Origin: Nitrospirota bacterium
GTDB lineage: Bacteria > Nitrospirota > UBA9217
NCBI GenBank assembly: GCA_021783455.1
Contig: JAJXTW010000001.1
Coordinates: 1-45,460, forward strand
Direction: 5' to 3'
Length of the DNA stretch: 45,460 nucleotides
In this document: positions 16,964 to 26,143 of the stretch, in pieces
How positions within the stretch are numbered: the stretch's first letter is position 1
Layout: each line of letters starts with the position of its first letter
The notes under the pieces: generated by a model
The model's database searches: none
What the model saw: the letters and a program-made list of their open reading frames with translations, nothing else
Told to the model about the DNA's origin: nothing
Position numbers and translations under genes: made by a program

Positions 16964-16992
16964 TTGACAGCCCCCTGCAATATGGATATACT
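16964..16992 (+). promoter_or_regulatory. near-consensus sigma-70 promoter (TTGACA-N17-TATACT) abutting the nfeD start
   Basis: TTGACA lies at 16964-16969, followed by a 17-nt spacer and TATACT at 16987-16992. The ATG is at 17001, and the intervening 8 nt (ttgctatc) contain no Shine-Dalgarno. Confidence 0.6.
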
Positions 16993-17000
16993 TTGCTATC

Positions 17001-18353
17001 ATGAAGAAACGTACAATGCAAACAAGTTTACGGCTGATGGTTCTGATTCTTGCGCTTCTCCTTATGCTGCCCGGGCTTGCGTCTGCATCCGGTGAAAAAA
17101 AACAGCCTGCACGCCAACCCGTCCCTCCGCTTTCTGTTAAACATAATACGGTGTTTCTCCTCACGATTGATTCACCGATTACGCCCGTGGTGGCCGAATA
17201 CATCGTGAAGTCGATCGACAAAGCATCCGCTGCCAAAGCCGAGGCAATCATCATTCAATTAAACACGCCAGGCGGGCTGGTCGACTCCATGCAGCAGATC
17301 GTCATGAAAATGATGGCCTCTAATACGGCGACGGTGGTCTATGTTGCCCCGAGCGGCGGCAGGGCTGCATCGGCCGGCGTATTCATCACGCTTGCGGCCA
17401 ATATCGCCGCAATGGCGCCGGCGACGCACATAGGCGCGGCCCATCCGGTTACGATGCAGGGAAGCATGGATAAAACCATGGAAACAAAGGTCGTCAACGA
17501 TCTCGCAGCTATGGCGCGGGGCATTGCCGAGAAGCGCGGAAGGAATGCAATCTGGGCGGAAGACGCTGTTCGAAAGAGCGTTTCGATTACCGAGACCGAA
17601 GCGCTAAAGGACCACGTGATCGACCTCGTGGCACCCGATGTACCGACACTCGTCAAAGATCTGAACGGCAAGACCGTTGACCTCGTCATCGGGAAGAAAA
17701 CGCTTAATACAGTAGGAGCCGAAGTGAAGGAAATCAGGATGGGCTTCCGGTATCGATTCCTGGAGATCATCAGCAATCCCAATATCGCCTACATCCTGAT
17801 GATCCTCGGTTTTTACGGCCTCTATTTTGAGCTCTCAAATCCCGGAGCTATTTTCCCCGGAGTTGCAGGTGCGATTTGCCTGGTCCTCGCCTTCTACGCG
17901 CTCCACACTCTGCCGATCAACTATGCAGGCCTCATCCTCATCATTATCGGCATCAGCCTCTTTATCGCGGAAGCGTTCATCACGAGTCACGGTATTTTGG
18001 GCATCGGAGGGACTATTGCCATGCTGTTCGGTTCGATCATGCTTATCGATTCTGCTTCGCCTTTCCTTCAGATATCATGGGCCGTGATTATTCCGGCTGT
18101 TGGCCTGTCCGCGCTCCTCTTCATCATAACCATGACAGTCGCAATTCGGGTTTACCGTGAAAAACCGACGACCGGGAAAGAGGGAATGATCGGCATGCAG
18201 GCAACGGCCAAAACAGACATCCATACGGACGGACAGGTGTTCATGCGCGGCGAATACTGGAATGCCTGGAGCGATGAGCCGATACAGAAGGGTGAAAAAG
18301 TTACGGTCATTGCCATAGATGGGCTGAAGGTCAAGGTGAAAAAAACCGCGTAG
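17001..18353 (+). CDS. NfeD-family membrane-bound serine protease (ClpP-class N-domain, TM region, C-terminal OB domain)
   Basis: 450 aa. It has a signal peptide (LALLLMLPGLASA), a ClpP-like segment (IIQLNTPGGLVDS...SGGRAASAGVFI), several TM helices, and a C-terminal NfeD OB segment (GEYWNAWSDEPIQKGEKVTVIAIDGLKVKV). Confidence 0.9.
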   Translation: MKKRTMQTSLRLMVLILALLLMLPGLASASGEKKQPARQPVPPLSVKHNTVFLLTIDSPITPVVAEYIVKSIDKASAAKAEAIIIQLNTPGGLVDSMQQIVMKMMASNTATVVYVAPSGGRAASAGVFITLAANIAAMAPATHIGAAHPVTMQGSMDKTMETKVVNDLAAMARGIAEKRGRNAIWAEDAVRKSVSITETEALKDHVIDLVAPDVPTLVKDLNGKTVDLVIGKKTLNTVGAEVKEIRMGFRYRFLEIISNPNIAYILMILGFYGLYFELSNPGAIFPGVAGAICLVLAFYALHTLPINYAGLILIIIGISLFIAEAFITSHGILGIGGTIAMLFGSIMLIDSASPFLQISWAVIIPAVGLSALLFIITMTVAIRVYREKPTTGKEGMIGMQATAKTDIHTDGQVFMRGEYWNAWSDEPIQKGEKVTVIAIDGLKVKVKKTA

Positions 18354-18424
18354 ATGCAAAGGAGATGATAGGAATCATTTTAACCGTTTGAACGGTTCAC
18401 ACAATACTTTAAGGAGGCTACACC

Positions 18425-19198
18425 ATGCAGATTTTCGCAACAAGTTTTCTTTTCACGATCATTATTTTCTTTGCTATTTTGTACAACATCATAAAAATCC
18501 TGAAGCAGTACGAACGCGGCGTTATCTTTACCCTCGGGAAAGTGAGCGCTGAACAGGGCGTCAAGGGGCCCGGAATCATTTTCCTGTGGCCGGGGATCCA
18601 AAAAATGGTGAGGGTGAGCCTGCGGACCGTGACCATGGACGTGCCATCGCAGGACGTCATCACGAAGGACAACGTTACGGTGAAGGTCAACGCCGTTGTC
18701 TACTTCCGGGTCATCGACCCGGCCAAGGCCGTCATAGAAGTAGAAGATTTCTATTACGCGACATCACAGATTGCCCAGACCACGCTCAGGAGCGTCCTTG
18801 GCCAGAATACCTTCGACGATCTGCTCTCGAACCGTGATGCCATCAATGCCGAGCTTCAAAAAGTCATCGACCAGCAGACGGAACCCTGGGGGGTCAAGGT
18901 GACGACCGTGGAAGTGAAAAACGTCGACCTGCCTGCGGAGATGCAGCGGGCTATTGCCATCCAGGCACAGGCGGAGCGGGAACGTCGGGCCAAGATCATT
19001 CATGCCGAGGGTGAGCTTCAGGCATCGGCGAAATTGAGCGAAGCCGCGGCCGTCATCAGCAAAAACCCGATTGCGCTCCAGCTGCGATACCTCCAGACCC
19101 TCACCGAAATCGGCACGGAGAAAAACACGACCATCGTTTTCCCGCTGCCGATCGAATTCATGTCTGCGTTTCAAAAACTGATCGAGAAAAAAGATTAG
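18425..19198 (+). CDS. SPFH/band-7 (stomatin/slipin-like) protein
   Basis: 257 aa with an N-terminal TM helix, then [12 protein letters not shown]...[17 protein letters not shown]...[18 protein letters not shown] lies upstream. This is the classic partner of NfeD. Confidence 0.95.
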   Translation: MQIFATSFLFTIIIFFAILYNIIKILKQYERGVIFTLGKVSAEQGVKGPGIIFLWPGIQKMVRVSLRTVTMDVPSQDVITKDNVTVKVNAVVYFRVIDPAKAVIEVEDFYYATSQIAQTTLRSVLGQNTFDDLLSNRDAINAELQKVIDQQTEPWGVKVTTVEVKNVDLPAEMQRAIAIQAQAERERRAKIIHAEGELQASAKLSEAAAVISKNPIALQLRYLQTLTEIGTEKNTTIVFPLPIEFMSAFQKLIEKKD

Positions 19199-19245
19199 GT
19201 TCCAGCCGTTGGCTGTAACATTAAATATCGGATTACACGCTAAAC

Positions 19246-19277
19246 AAAAGGGGACCGGTAGAAACCGGTCCCCTTTT
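19246..19277. terminator. bidirectional intrinsic terminator
   Basis: AAAA-GGGGACCGGT-agaa-ACCGGTCCCC-TTTT, a perfect 10-bp GC-rich stem flanked by A and T runs. It lies between the convergent stomatin (+) and ferredoxin (-) genes. Confidence 0.8.
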
Positions 19278-19298
19278 GTATGAGTCGCTGCTGATCTT

Positions 19299-19484
19299 TT
19301 ATATTTCGTTGACCGTTATGGCCTGCTGCGGGCAGTTCTCTACACAGGTCTGGCAGTTGATGCATTCGGACATGTTCACCGGCTCCGCCTTGCCGCCTTC
19401 CAGCTTGAATACGGACTGCGGGCAGACATTTACGCAGGTGCCGTCGCCGTCGCACTTGCCTTTGTCGACTGTTACCATGTACAT
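19299..19484 (-). CDS. small 7-Cys ferredoxin, CxxDxxC...CP + CxxCxxCxxxCP type (copy 1)
   Basis: 61 aa: MYMVTVDKGKCDGDGTCVNVCPQ...MSECINCQTCVENCPQQAI. GAAGGAGG lies upstream. Confidence 0.9.
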   Translation of the reverse strand: MYMVTVDKGKCDGDGTCVNVCPQSVFKLEGGKAEPVNMSECINCQTCVENCPQQAITVNEI

Positions 19485-19528
19485 TGTATCTGATTCCTCC
19501 TTCAGTAGAAATGAAATTCAAAAAGCAC

Positions 19529-19534
19529 ATTATA
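19529..19534 (-). promoter_or_regulatory. candidate -10 hexamer (TATAAT) for ferredoxin copy 1
   Basis: The reverse strand has a perfect TATAAT about 45 nt upstream of the ATG at 19484 and downstream of the dsrP terminator. No convincing -35 is present. Confidence 0.3.
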
Positions 19535-19575
19535 TTACCCGCCGGGGCCCGTAAAATCAAGCAAGAAATGAAGAT

Positions 19576-19606
19576 AAAAAAAGGCTCACCCGGTTGGGGT
19601 AAGCCT
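19576..19606 (-). terminator. intrinsic terminator after dsrP
   Basis: The reverse strand reads AGGCTTACCC-caac-CGGGTGAGCCT followed by T8. The 10-bp stem includes one G-U pair. It lies 25 nt after the dsrP stop. Confidence 0.75.
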
Positions 19607-19630
19607 TAGAAAAGAAACGCTCGGGTCTAA

Positions 19631-20803
19631 TTAATGTTCAATCTCGATTCCAGCCGTCCGCTCTCTAACCGAAATCGCTATCTTGTAAAGCATCGAGAGG
19701 ATCAAAAACCCAATGGCCCATACACCGAGCGTAATGAGCGCTTCCGGCATGGTCGGCCAGTATGGGTGGACTTCTTCAAAGGGATTCGGCACGAAACCGC
19801 CGATAATAAGACCGAACCCCTTGTCGATCCAGAGCGAAATGAAAAGCGACAGACAAGCGAAGGCGAGCAGGCCTTCCTTCTTTCGCGCAGCCGGAAATAC
19901 CAGGAGAAAGAGCGAGATGATCGCGAGGACGGTTGACGTCCACATCATAGGTACCAGCTCACTATGGCCCTCAAGCCCCACATAAAGATACAGGAAGGAG
20001 GCCGCATGACCCGGGATTCCGCTGTAGAAGGCCGTGAAAAACTCCAGCCCCAGAAGAAAGACGTTCGCGAACATGGCGTACGCCACAATCTTTCCAATTG
20101 CCTGGATGGCTTCTTTCCCTGGGTCGAACTTCGAGATTTTTCTAACGATCAATGCCAGGATGATCAAGAGGGCCGGACCTGCGGCAAATGCCGACGCGAG
20201 GAACCGTGCCGCCATGACGGCGCTGAGCCAGAAATGACGCGCCGGGAGACCTGAGTACAAGAAGGCCGTGACCGTGTGGATGCTGACCGCCCAGGGAATA
20301 GAGAGGTAAATGAAGAACTTGATCCACTTCGGCGGAGGCACACCCTTCCGATCCGCGCTCAAGGTTACCCATCCGACAAGGGCGTTGATGGCAAGATACC
20401 CCGACAGCACGACGGAATCCCAGAACATCACTGAATTCGGCGTGGGGTGCAGGATCACGTTCATGATCCTCATGGGCTGCCCCATGTCCACGAAGATGAA
20501 CAGGATGCACATGGTCACCGCCGAGATGGCAAGGAACTCGCCAAGGATGACGATCTTGCCGAATTTCTTAAAATCGTGCAGATAGTAGGGAATAACGAGC
20601 ATCACCGCCGAAGCGGCCACGCCGACGAGAAATGTGAATTGGCCGATGTACAGCCCCCAGGACACGTCCCGGTGCATTCCCGTGAGCCCCAGCCCGAATT
20701 GGAACTGCTGGATGTAGTAATAAACCCCTACTGCAGAAAGGGCACCGAGAAAGAAAAGCCATGCCCAGTATTTTTTCCCGCCTTCAAATGCTTTCTCAAG
20801 CAT
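19631..20803 (-). CDS. dsrP: DsrP, NrfD/PsrC-family integral membrane quinone-interacting subunit
   Basis: 390 aa with about 10 TM helices. It is the last gene of the M-K-J-O-P order and overlaps dsrO by 8 nt. Confidence 0.9.
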   Translation of the reverse strand: MLEKAFEGGKKYWAWLFFLGALSAVGVYYYIQQFQFGLGLTGMHRDVSWGLYIGQFTFLVGVAASAVMLVIPYYLHDFKKFGKIVILGEFLAISAVTMCILFIFVDMGQPMRIMNVILHPTPNSVMFWDSVVLSGYLAINALVGWVTLSADRKGVPPPKWIKFFIYLSIPWAVSIHTVTAFLYSGLPARHFWLSAVMAARFLASAFAAGPALLIILALIVRKISKFDPGKEAIQAIGKIVAYAMFANVFLLGLEFFTAFYSGIPGHAASFLYLYVGLEGHSELVPMMWTSTVLAIISLFLLVFPAARKKEGLLAFACLSLFISLWIDKGFGLIIGGFVPNPFEEVHPYWPTMPEALITLGVWAIGFLILSMLYKIAISVRERTAGIEIEH

Positions 20804-21626
20804 GATCGCTCCCTCCTATGACATAATAGACCGCCGGGCCCGTACCCAGTTCCGGTTTCCGCCTGATGGTCAACTGGGACGTTACGATCTTCCGGACCTC
20901 GGAATTTGGATCTTCGATGTCCCCGAAGAACATGGCGCCCTTGGGCGCGGCTTCTACGCATGCGGGAAGCTTTCCAACCTGGAGCCGCTCCGTGCAAAAA
21001 GTGCATTTTTCCACGACGCCTTTAGTCCTTGTCGGGTATGCCTTGTTCTCTGTCGCCGGATTGATCGCCTTGCGCGGGTCGGTCCAGTTGAAGCTCCGCG
21101 ACCCGTAGGGGCAGGCGGCCATGCAGAACCGGCACCCGATGCATCGGTGCATATCCTGCATCGTGATCCCATTGGGAAGTTTAAACGTGGCCTGAGTGGG
21201 ACAGACGCGAACGCACGGCGGGTTGTCACAGTGGTTGCACAGCACGATGAACGGCATGTCCTTGATGTGTTCGCTCATGAACTTGTTCTCGGAACCCGGG
21301 AAGGTGCGTTCATAGGGCTCCTCCCATATCCACTTGATTTCGAATTTCTTGTCCACGGTCCCGTCGGGATTCCGGAAGTCCGGCACATTGTGCGTCTGAT
21401 GACAGGCGGTGGTGACTTTCTTGATGTCCTCATCGGTCTTGAACTTACTCATATCGACCACCATAGCCCATCGCTTGGCAATCAGACCGTCCGGGTTTGG
21501 CTCCACCTGCGGCGGTTTCAGCCCCGGTTCCCAGATCGTATGCGTGGCTGACGCGACCGAGGCGCCGAATCCCAGAATGGAGGAGATGCCGGCAATTTTC
21601 AGAAATTGTCTCCTGTCCATGCTCAT
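20796..21626 (-). CDS. dsrO: DsrO, periplasmic (Tat-exported) 4x[4Fe-4S] ferredoxin-like subunit
   Basis: 276 aa with a twin-arginine leader (MSMDRRQFLKIAGISS...ASA). Cys clusters include CNHCDNPPCVRVCP, CIGCRFCMAACP and CTFC. An ATGA overlap with dsrJ is present. Confidence 0.9.
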   Translation of the reverse strand: MSMDRRQFLKIAGISSILGFGASVASATHTIWEPGLKPPQVEPNPDGLIAKRWAMVVDMSKFKTDEDIKKVTTACHQTHNVPDFRNPDGTVDKKFEIKWIWEEPYERTFPGSENKFMSEHIKDMPFIVLCNHCDNPPCVRVCPTQATFKLPNGITMQDMHRCIGCRFCMAACPYGSRSFNWTDPRKAINPATENKAYPTRTKGVVEKCTFCTERLQVGKLPACVEAAPKGAMFFGDIEDPNSEVRKIVTSQLTIRRKPELGTGPAVYYVIGGSDHA

Positions 21627-22051
21627 GATTTATTCTCCTCCTTCTCCATCGGCTGTATGTGACAATCAAAACAATACGGTTTGACCGCCATATAATTGTG
21701 GCATTGGTCGCAGAACTGTTTCTTGTTCGAGTGGCATTCGAGACATCCGTTTTGCAGGCTCATGTTGAATTTCCTGCCGCTCGTCATGCTGACGTACTGT
21801 CGGTTCATGTCGCGGACAACGGAGTCTCTCCAATTGTTCAGGAGCTGCATGTGCTCGGAACGCATATACTCCTTGGATTCAACGCACTCCTTTTTCCCAT
21901 ACTGCTTTTCCCACGCCTGGATCGCGGGCGTATCCGTTTTCAGTTCAGGCTTTGCGTTCACCTTTCCGATATTGTAGTAAAAGGGGAACGTCGCGATTCC
22001 GACGAAAACCATCAGCCCGATGAGTATTTTACCGCCATCGTAGAGTTTCAT
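21623..22051 (-). CDS. dsrJ: DsrJ, membrane-anchored trihaem cytochrome c
   Basis: 142 aa with an N-terminal anchor and three CxxCH motifs (CLECH, CDQCH, CFDCH). Confidence 0.9.
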   Translation of the reverse strand: MKLYDGGKILIGLMVFVGIATFPFYYNIGKVNAKPELKTDTPAIQAWEKQYGKKECVESKEYMRSEHMQLLNNWRDSVVRDMNRQYVSMTSGRKFNMSLQNGCLECHSNKKQFCDQCHNYMAVKPYCFDCHIQPMEKEENKS

Positions 22052-23670
22052 TAGGCCTTTTCCTCCTTCTGTTCAATTCCCGGAAGGGGTTCTCCGCGCA
22101 AGTCGGTGGTCCTCTCCTTCTCGCCGGTCATAACGAGGGCGTTCGCCACGAGTTCGTGGAGGCCGCAGACATTCACGCCGGGCACCCAGTAGTCCATAAG
22201 GGGTTTGAGCGTTGCCCGGTCAATGGCACAGACGTTGGCAAGCATGTTCACACCGTAATGCTCGTGAACGAATTTAACCGCGTTTGCGCGCGGAAATCCG
22301 CCCTTCATGCGGAGATCCATGTCTTCCGAGGCGTTCAAACCCGTGCCGCTGCCGCAACAGAAGGTTTTTTCCCGGATCGTGTCTTCCGGCATCTCAACAA
22401 AGTTATTGACCACGTTCTTGAGCACATATCGCGGTTCCTCAAGCATGCCCATGCCGCGCGCAACGTTACAGGAATCATGCCAGGTGACATTGAGGTGATC
22501 GTTCCGCTTCGGATCGAGCTTGAGTTTGTTGTTCTTGATCAGGTCTGCAGTGAATTCCGCAACGTGAACCATTTTCATCGATTTTGCGTTCTCGAAGACC
22601 GTACCGGTAATCGGCGATTTCGGGACTTCCAGGAAATCCGCCGGACCGTTCCAGGTGTCCATGTACTGGGAAAGCACCCGCCACATGTGGCCGCACTCGC
22701 CGCCCAGGATCCACTTCACACCCAGCCGTTTGGCCTCTGCATAAATTTTGGAGTTGAGCCGCTTGCCCATCTCGTTCGAGGTGAAGAATCCGAAGTTCCC
22801 GCCTTCCGAGGCATAGGTGCTCCAGGTGTAATCAAGCCCCAGTTCCTCGAACAGCATCAGGTATCCCATGCACGTATACGTGCCGGGGTCGGCAAACAGG
22901 TCGCCCGACGGCGTCACGAACAGAATCTCAGCGCCCTTCCGGTTGAACGTGGGTTTGATCCTCTTCCCCGTGACGGTCTCGATGTCGTCCAGCATATATT
23001 CGAGGTTGCCGACGATGGTATGAGGTTCGAGACCCAGATGGTTGCCCTTCATGTAGCAGTTCGAGACCGGGCCCGCGATCCATTCAATATTCAGGCCGAG
23101 CAGATTCAAGAGCTCGCGGCCGATGATCGTGATCTCCGCCTGGTCGATGCCGTAGGGGCAGAAGACCGAGCAGCGCCGGCACTCGGTGCATTGAAAGAAG
23201 TAGTACCACCATTCCTTCAGCACATCCAGGGTAAGTTCGCGAGCGCCCGCCATTTTGCCGAAGATCTTTCCGGCAAGGGTGAACTCCTTGCGATAGACCG
23301 AGCGAATGAGCTCGGCTCTGAGCACCGGCATGTTCTTCGGATCGCCGGTCCCGATAAAGAAGTGGCATTTGTCGGCACAGGCGCCGCAGCGCACGCAGAT
23401 GTCCATGAACAGCCGGAAGGACCGGTACTTTTCGAGCCGTTCCGCGATCCCCTCAAGGAGGATTTCTTTCCAGTTTTCCGGGAGTTTCCAGTCCGCGTCC
23501 GCCGGCCTCCAGTCCCGCGGGTTCGGGAAACCGACGATGTCAAGGCTTTTCGGCTTCGAGCCATGACAGAACATGCCCTCTTTGAACACAACGGGAGTAT
23601 CCATCCAGCTCGTTTTCGGCGGCGTGTAATCTATCTTTGACAGTTCTTCTGGTTTCGGAAGTTTCGCCAT
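22051..23670 (-). CDS. dsrK: DsrK, HdrD-like Fe-S (CCG-domain) catalytic subunit
   Basis: 539 aa. Ferredoxin-type motifs CVRCGACADKC and CTECRRCSVFCP are present, along with C-terminal CCG-type Cys motifs (FCCGSG). Confidence 0.95.
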   Translation of the reverse strand: MAKLPKPEELSKIDYTPPKTSWMDTPVVFKEGMFCHGSKPKSLDIVGFPNPRDWRPADADWKLPENWKEILLEGIAERLEKYRSFRLFMDICVRCGACADKCHFFIGTGDPKNMPVLRAELIRSVYRKEFTLAGKIFGKMAGARELTLDVLKEWWYYFFQCTECRRCSVFCPYGIDQAEITIIGRELLNLLGLNIEWIAGPVSNCYMKGNHLGLEPHTIVGNLEYMLDDIETVTGKRIKPTFNRKGAEILFVTPSGDLFADPGTYTCMGYLMLFEELGLDYTWSTYASEGGNFGFFTSNEMGKRLNSKIYAEAKRLGVKWILGGECGHMWRVLSQYMDTWNGPADFLEVPKSPITGTVFENAKSMKMVHVAEFTADLIKNNKLKLDPKRNDHLNVTWHDSCNVARGMGMLEEPRYVLKNVVNNFVEMPEDTIREKTFCCGSGTGLNASEDMDLRMKGGFPRANAVKFVHEHYGVNMLANVCAIDRATLKPLMDYWVPGVNVCGLHELVANALVMTGEKERTTDLRGEPLPGIEQKEEKA

Positions 23671-23672
23671 GA

Positions 23673-24668
23673 TTACTCCTTTTCTACCGGCAAGCCGGCA
23701 TTTTTCATTTTATCCCTGAAGTCGTCCTCATACTCCGCGTAGGTGTGAACATGGACCGGGTAGTTCCAGGGATTGATATGCCGCTTCACGCGGCTGGTGT
23801 TCGCCAGAACACGGGTAGGGCTCATGAAAACGCCGGCCATATGAACCAGCTTGCTGAAAGGGAAGTAGGCGAACAGCGTGCAGATAAGGAACAAGTGGAT
23901 ATAGAAGATAACGCTGATCGGATTCTGCGGTATTGACGGACTAAAACCGACCAGGCTCATGGTCAGCATCTTCACGCTCACGATATCGGTTTTAAGGAAG
24001 TATCTCATGAGCACGCCGGAGAGTGCGATGCCGAAGATCAAGAAGAGTGGGAAATAATCGTTCATGAGCGACAGATAGCGCATCTGGGGAATTGCGATCC
24101 TCCTGAGGAAAAGGTAGGTTATTGCGCCGAGCAACACCGCATCGGTCATATACAGGAGCGGCACGCCGATCTGGAGGAAACTGTCGAGCATTTCGACCAG
24201 CTGCACTGCCGCCGGTACCTGCTGGGTAAAGAACCGCAGGTGTCTGACCAGAATAATGAGAAATGACCAATGGAACGCCAAACCCGCAGCCCAGAGCCAT
24301 TTTGCCTCTCCGTACGTAAGCTGCGAATCGTCCCGAAGCTGTGTTTTCAGGTTTCTGAAGAGCGAGCGGAAGAACAGAACTTCGAGCGCCATCCTGCCCA
24401 ACACGCCAAGAACGCCGGAAGGATTTTCCAGCTTGCTGTATTTGATCCAGGGCAATGATTTCTGCTGTCCGCAGGTCGTAGGAATGCGGAAGGGATTCGG
24501 CGAGCTGCCCCATTTCAGAATGCGTACAATCATGAAAATGACAAAAATAGCTACCGCCAGATAGGGAATGACCACACCGAAGATGTACTGCATGTTCAGG
24601 ACATCCACTCCCACATAGGCTATCGCTGCGAGGATCAGCACTGCAATGAAAGAAATTATAGCTTTCAT
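23673..24668 (-). CDS. dsrM: DsrM, NarI-like dihaem cytochrome b membrane subunit
   Basis: 331 aa and polytopic, with conserved His in TM helices. It lies immediately upstream of dsrK. Confidence 0.9.
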   Translation of the reverse strand: MKAIISFIAVLILAAIAYVGVDVLNMQYIFGVVIPYLAVAIFVIFMIVRILKWGSSPNPFRIPTTCGQQKSLPWIKYSKLENPSGVLGVLGRMALEVLFFRSLFRNLKTQLRDDSQLTYGEAKWLWAAGLAFHWSFLIILVRHLRFFTQQVPAAVQLVEMLDSFLQIGVPLLYMTDAVLLGAITYLFLRRIAIPQMRYLSLMNDYFPLFLIFGIALSGVLMRYFLKTDIVSVKMLTMSLVGFSPSIPQNPISVIFYIHLFLICTLFAYFPFSKLVHMAGVFMSPTRVLANTSRVKRHINPWNYPVHVHTYAEYEDDFRDKMKNAGLPVEKE

Positions 24669-24725
24669 TTCGTTACCTCTTTTCGATTTAGGTTAGCAGC
24701 CGAGGCGATCTTTTAACCCCCTGTT

Positions 24726-25256
24726 TCAGTCCTGGTTGTCGACGATAAGACGCGCCTGCTGCAAGAGCCTGAAGGTCATATTTTTTGCTTCGTTTGCCTT
24801 GAGTTCGTAGATCTTTTCCCGGCATTTCATAAAAAGATCGAATGAAAAAAGCGCCAGGTCGTCGACAGCGGACTCAAAGACTGCCAGTTCTTCGGCAATT
24901 CCCTGTTGACCGAGAATCTCTTTTCCCAGCTCCTGCCGGACCACTTTCTTGAGTTGAAAGATGAAAGACACGGCCTCGGATGGCGAAAATTCCTGAATAG
25001 CACGGATCCGGATAATGCTGTCGAGAAACCGGGAAACAGTGTCGGGAATCATTCCCTGCAGCAGCGCGTCGAAAAGATGCTCGATTCCCTCCGAAAGGGT
25101 ATAACCGACCGGATTGGTGAACTGGGCCTTCTGCTTCCTCAGGAAAGTAGACGTCTCGTGCGGATAAGTCTCCACAACGGCATCAAACCATTTCTTCAGA
25201 ATAGCGGATTTCTTTTCTATCAAATAGTGGTTAAGGTTCATGTTCCCGTGAATCAT
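24726..25256 (-). CDS. dsrT: DsrT-like helical protein (RsbRD_N-type domain)
   Basis: About 176 aa, starting MIHGNMNLNHYLIEKKSAILKKWFDAVVETYP.., which is the RsbRD N-terminal-like pattern. It sits directly upstream of dsrM, as dsrT does in other dsr loci (from memory). I place the start at the ATG at 25256; the track uses the TTG at 25274. Confidence 0.55.
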   Translation of the reverse strand: MIHGNMNLNHYLIEKKSAILKKWFDAVVETYPHETSTFLRKQKAQFTNPVGYTLSEGIEHLFDALLQGMIPDTVSRFLDSIIRIRAIQEFSPSEAVSFIFQLKKVVRQELGKEILGQQGIAEELAVFESAVDDLALFSFDLFMKCREKIYELKANEAKNMTFRLLQQARLIVDNQD

Positions 25257-25298
25257 ACGCAAGCACCCCTGCAACGATTGTCGCAGGGGAATATCCTG

Positions 25299-25712
25299 TT
25301 AAAAGAACAACAGATGCTTGACAGACTCCATTTCTTTTTGAATATCCGCAAAGGACACGAATTTTGTTTTCAACTCGGCTCCCATATCTTCGGCATCGGT
25401 GATCACGTTTTCTTCCTTGAGACCAAGACGGGTCATGTCTTCCTTGCAGACCCAGACCGGCAGGTCGATGAGCAGGCAGCTCTTGATGTGGCTCTCCGTG
25501 CTCGTCACGCCGTAGACTTTCATGGCTTGCTGGTCCTTGACCATATTTAATACACCGTCACCGACGAACACGATGATCGGGACCACCGAGTCGCCGTCAT
25601 CCATATAGATCTCTGCGGTCTGACTCGCGATAGCATGGGTGAGCGCAAGACGGGCATTTTCGCTCTTGTACGGCGGTCGTTGCACAACGAACAATAAATT
25701 TACGGCACCCAT
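25299..25712 (-). CDS. DsrF/TusC-like protein (DsrE/F/H fold)
   Basis: 137 aa. It starts LLFVVQRPPYKSENARLALTHAIA, contains FVGDGV, and ends HLLFF like TusC/DsrF. The TAAATG junction links it to the upstream DsrE-like gene. Confidence 0.7.
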   Translation of the reverse strand: MGAVNLLFVVQRPPYKSENARLALTHAIASQTAEIYMDDGDSVVPIIVFVGDGVLNMVKDQQAMKVYGVTSTESHIKSCLLIDLPVWVCKEDMTRLGLKEENVITDAEDMGAELKTKFVSFADIQKEMESVKHLLFF

Positions 25713-26072
25713 TTACTCACCTCCGATATGTAGTAGCTTGTCGGTCTTGACGGTCTTGGCCAGGTACCAGTCCATGCTGGCGCGCTTCATGCCCTCGGGC
25801 ACATCTTCCTTGTGGTAGCCCCGGGCCTCTGCACAGGCTTCGCACACAGTGACTTCCATACCTTTGCTCATGAGTTCCTTCATAAGCTTCTCGTTGTGCG
25901 AGTAATCCTTGAACGGTTTCTGCCCCTTTTTGGCCATCATCACGGCGTTCCCGGAGAGCCACATGTTCACTTTGTGGCCTTTGGCAATTCCCGCTTCGGC
26001 AAGCTTGAATGCAAAATCAAGCGACATCGAACCGACCAGTGAAGAAAATACTCCAAACGTCAATTCTCCCAT
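25713..26072 (-). CDS. DsrE/TusD-like sulfurtransferase-fold protein
   Basis: 119 aa. It contains AKGHKVNMWLSGNAV and the Cys motif VTVCEACAEARG at the position of the DsrE/TusD active-site Cys. AAGGAGG lies upstream. Confidence 0.7.
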   Translation of the reverse strand: MGELTFGVFSSLVGSMSLDFAFKLAEAGIAKGHKVNMWLSGNAVMMAKKGQKPFKDYSHNEKLMKELMSKGMEVTVCEACAEARGYHKEDVPEGMKRASMDWYLAKTVKTDKLLHIGGE

Positions 26073-26143
26073 TCTATCCTCCTTAACCCTTATATGATGG
26101 ACGCCGGACCAATACTGCCCCGTCGCCCTTCTCGTTTACTATC

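Noticed and set aside
22156-23640. 494-aa plus-strand ORF opposite dsrK
   Set aside because: It is an antisense-frame artefact of a codon-biased gene and has no motifs. dsrK on the other strand has unambiguous Fe-S/CCG signatures.
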